Assembly: GCF_006345805.1 (NCBI RefSeq)
Contig: NC_043000.1
Span: 5,456,001 to 5,520,000 of the forward strand
Origin: Octopus sinensis
Taxonomy: Eukaryota
Length of the DNA: 64,000 bases
Direction: 5' to 3'
The stretch's first letter is position 1, and every line of letters begins with the position of its first letter. The notes beneath the pieces are model-generated. The model did not search any database. It saw nothing but the letters and a program-made list of their open reading frames with translations, and had not been told where the DNA came from. A program made the position numbers and the translations under genes. Below, one piece after another: positions 63,540-64,000 of the stretch.

Positions 63540-64000
63540 CGAGGACAGGCGAGGTCCCTCCTGAACCTCATCAACACCCTGTACATGGAACAAGTAATAC
63601 TCCAACCAACCAGGGCAGGTAACACACTGGATCTCTGCTTCACAAATAATATGGATCTCAACATGGTAGAGCTGACCATGTACGGGCCAAAGGAAAGCAT
63701 GGACATGCAGCCTACAAGAAACTCTCAGAATCTTTCCAGCTTGAACTTCCATAAGGCAAACTGGAAACAAATTGAGAAAGAGATCCTCAAACAAAACTGG
63801 CCTGAATGTCTCTCCTCGCCAGACATCGACATGAACCTTCAACAATTCATGCCTGTAATGCAAGCCATATGCTACAAATGTGTCCCAGAGAGAAAGGCCA
63901 CTGTACACAAGAACAAAATCCCCAGAGAGAGGAAAATTCTAATGAGATGGCGTAAAGAAATTTCAAATCGCCTAAACAAACAAATTGAAAGCAGTGAAAA
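63537..64000 (+). mobile_element. CR1-clade LINE ORF2 fragment (end of APE endonuclease plus linker), runs off the window
   Basis: Open frame ...MEQVILQPTRAGNTLDLCFTNN...LNFHKANWKQI...NKIPRERKILMR; related to the 44590-44912 segment. Confidence 0.85.

Overview
AT-rich, repeat-saturated eukaryotic DNA that is almost entirely intronic or intergenic. The repeat families (several tRNA-derived SINEs, CR1-like and R4/Dong-like LINE fragments, mariners, Helitron-type non-autonomous elements, abundant ATT/TA/CA microsatellites) look like those of an octopus genome; this is recognition, not a database result. No complete host gene is visible, only a few short candidate exons. The dominant structure is an ~8.5 kb array of ~315 copies of a 27-bp unit (~24190-32710) that sits inside, and appears to derive from, one old SINE copy. 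Other notable structures: a head-to-head inverted tRNA-head/Penelope-like element with a minimal hammerhead motif and a 12-bp TSD inside a CR1 LINE; two full-length decayed mariners; tandem Helitrons; modular SINEs with swapped 5' and 3' halves; and several long inverted-repeat pairs. SINE family letters A-G are my own labels, and most SINE boundaries are approximate.
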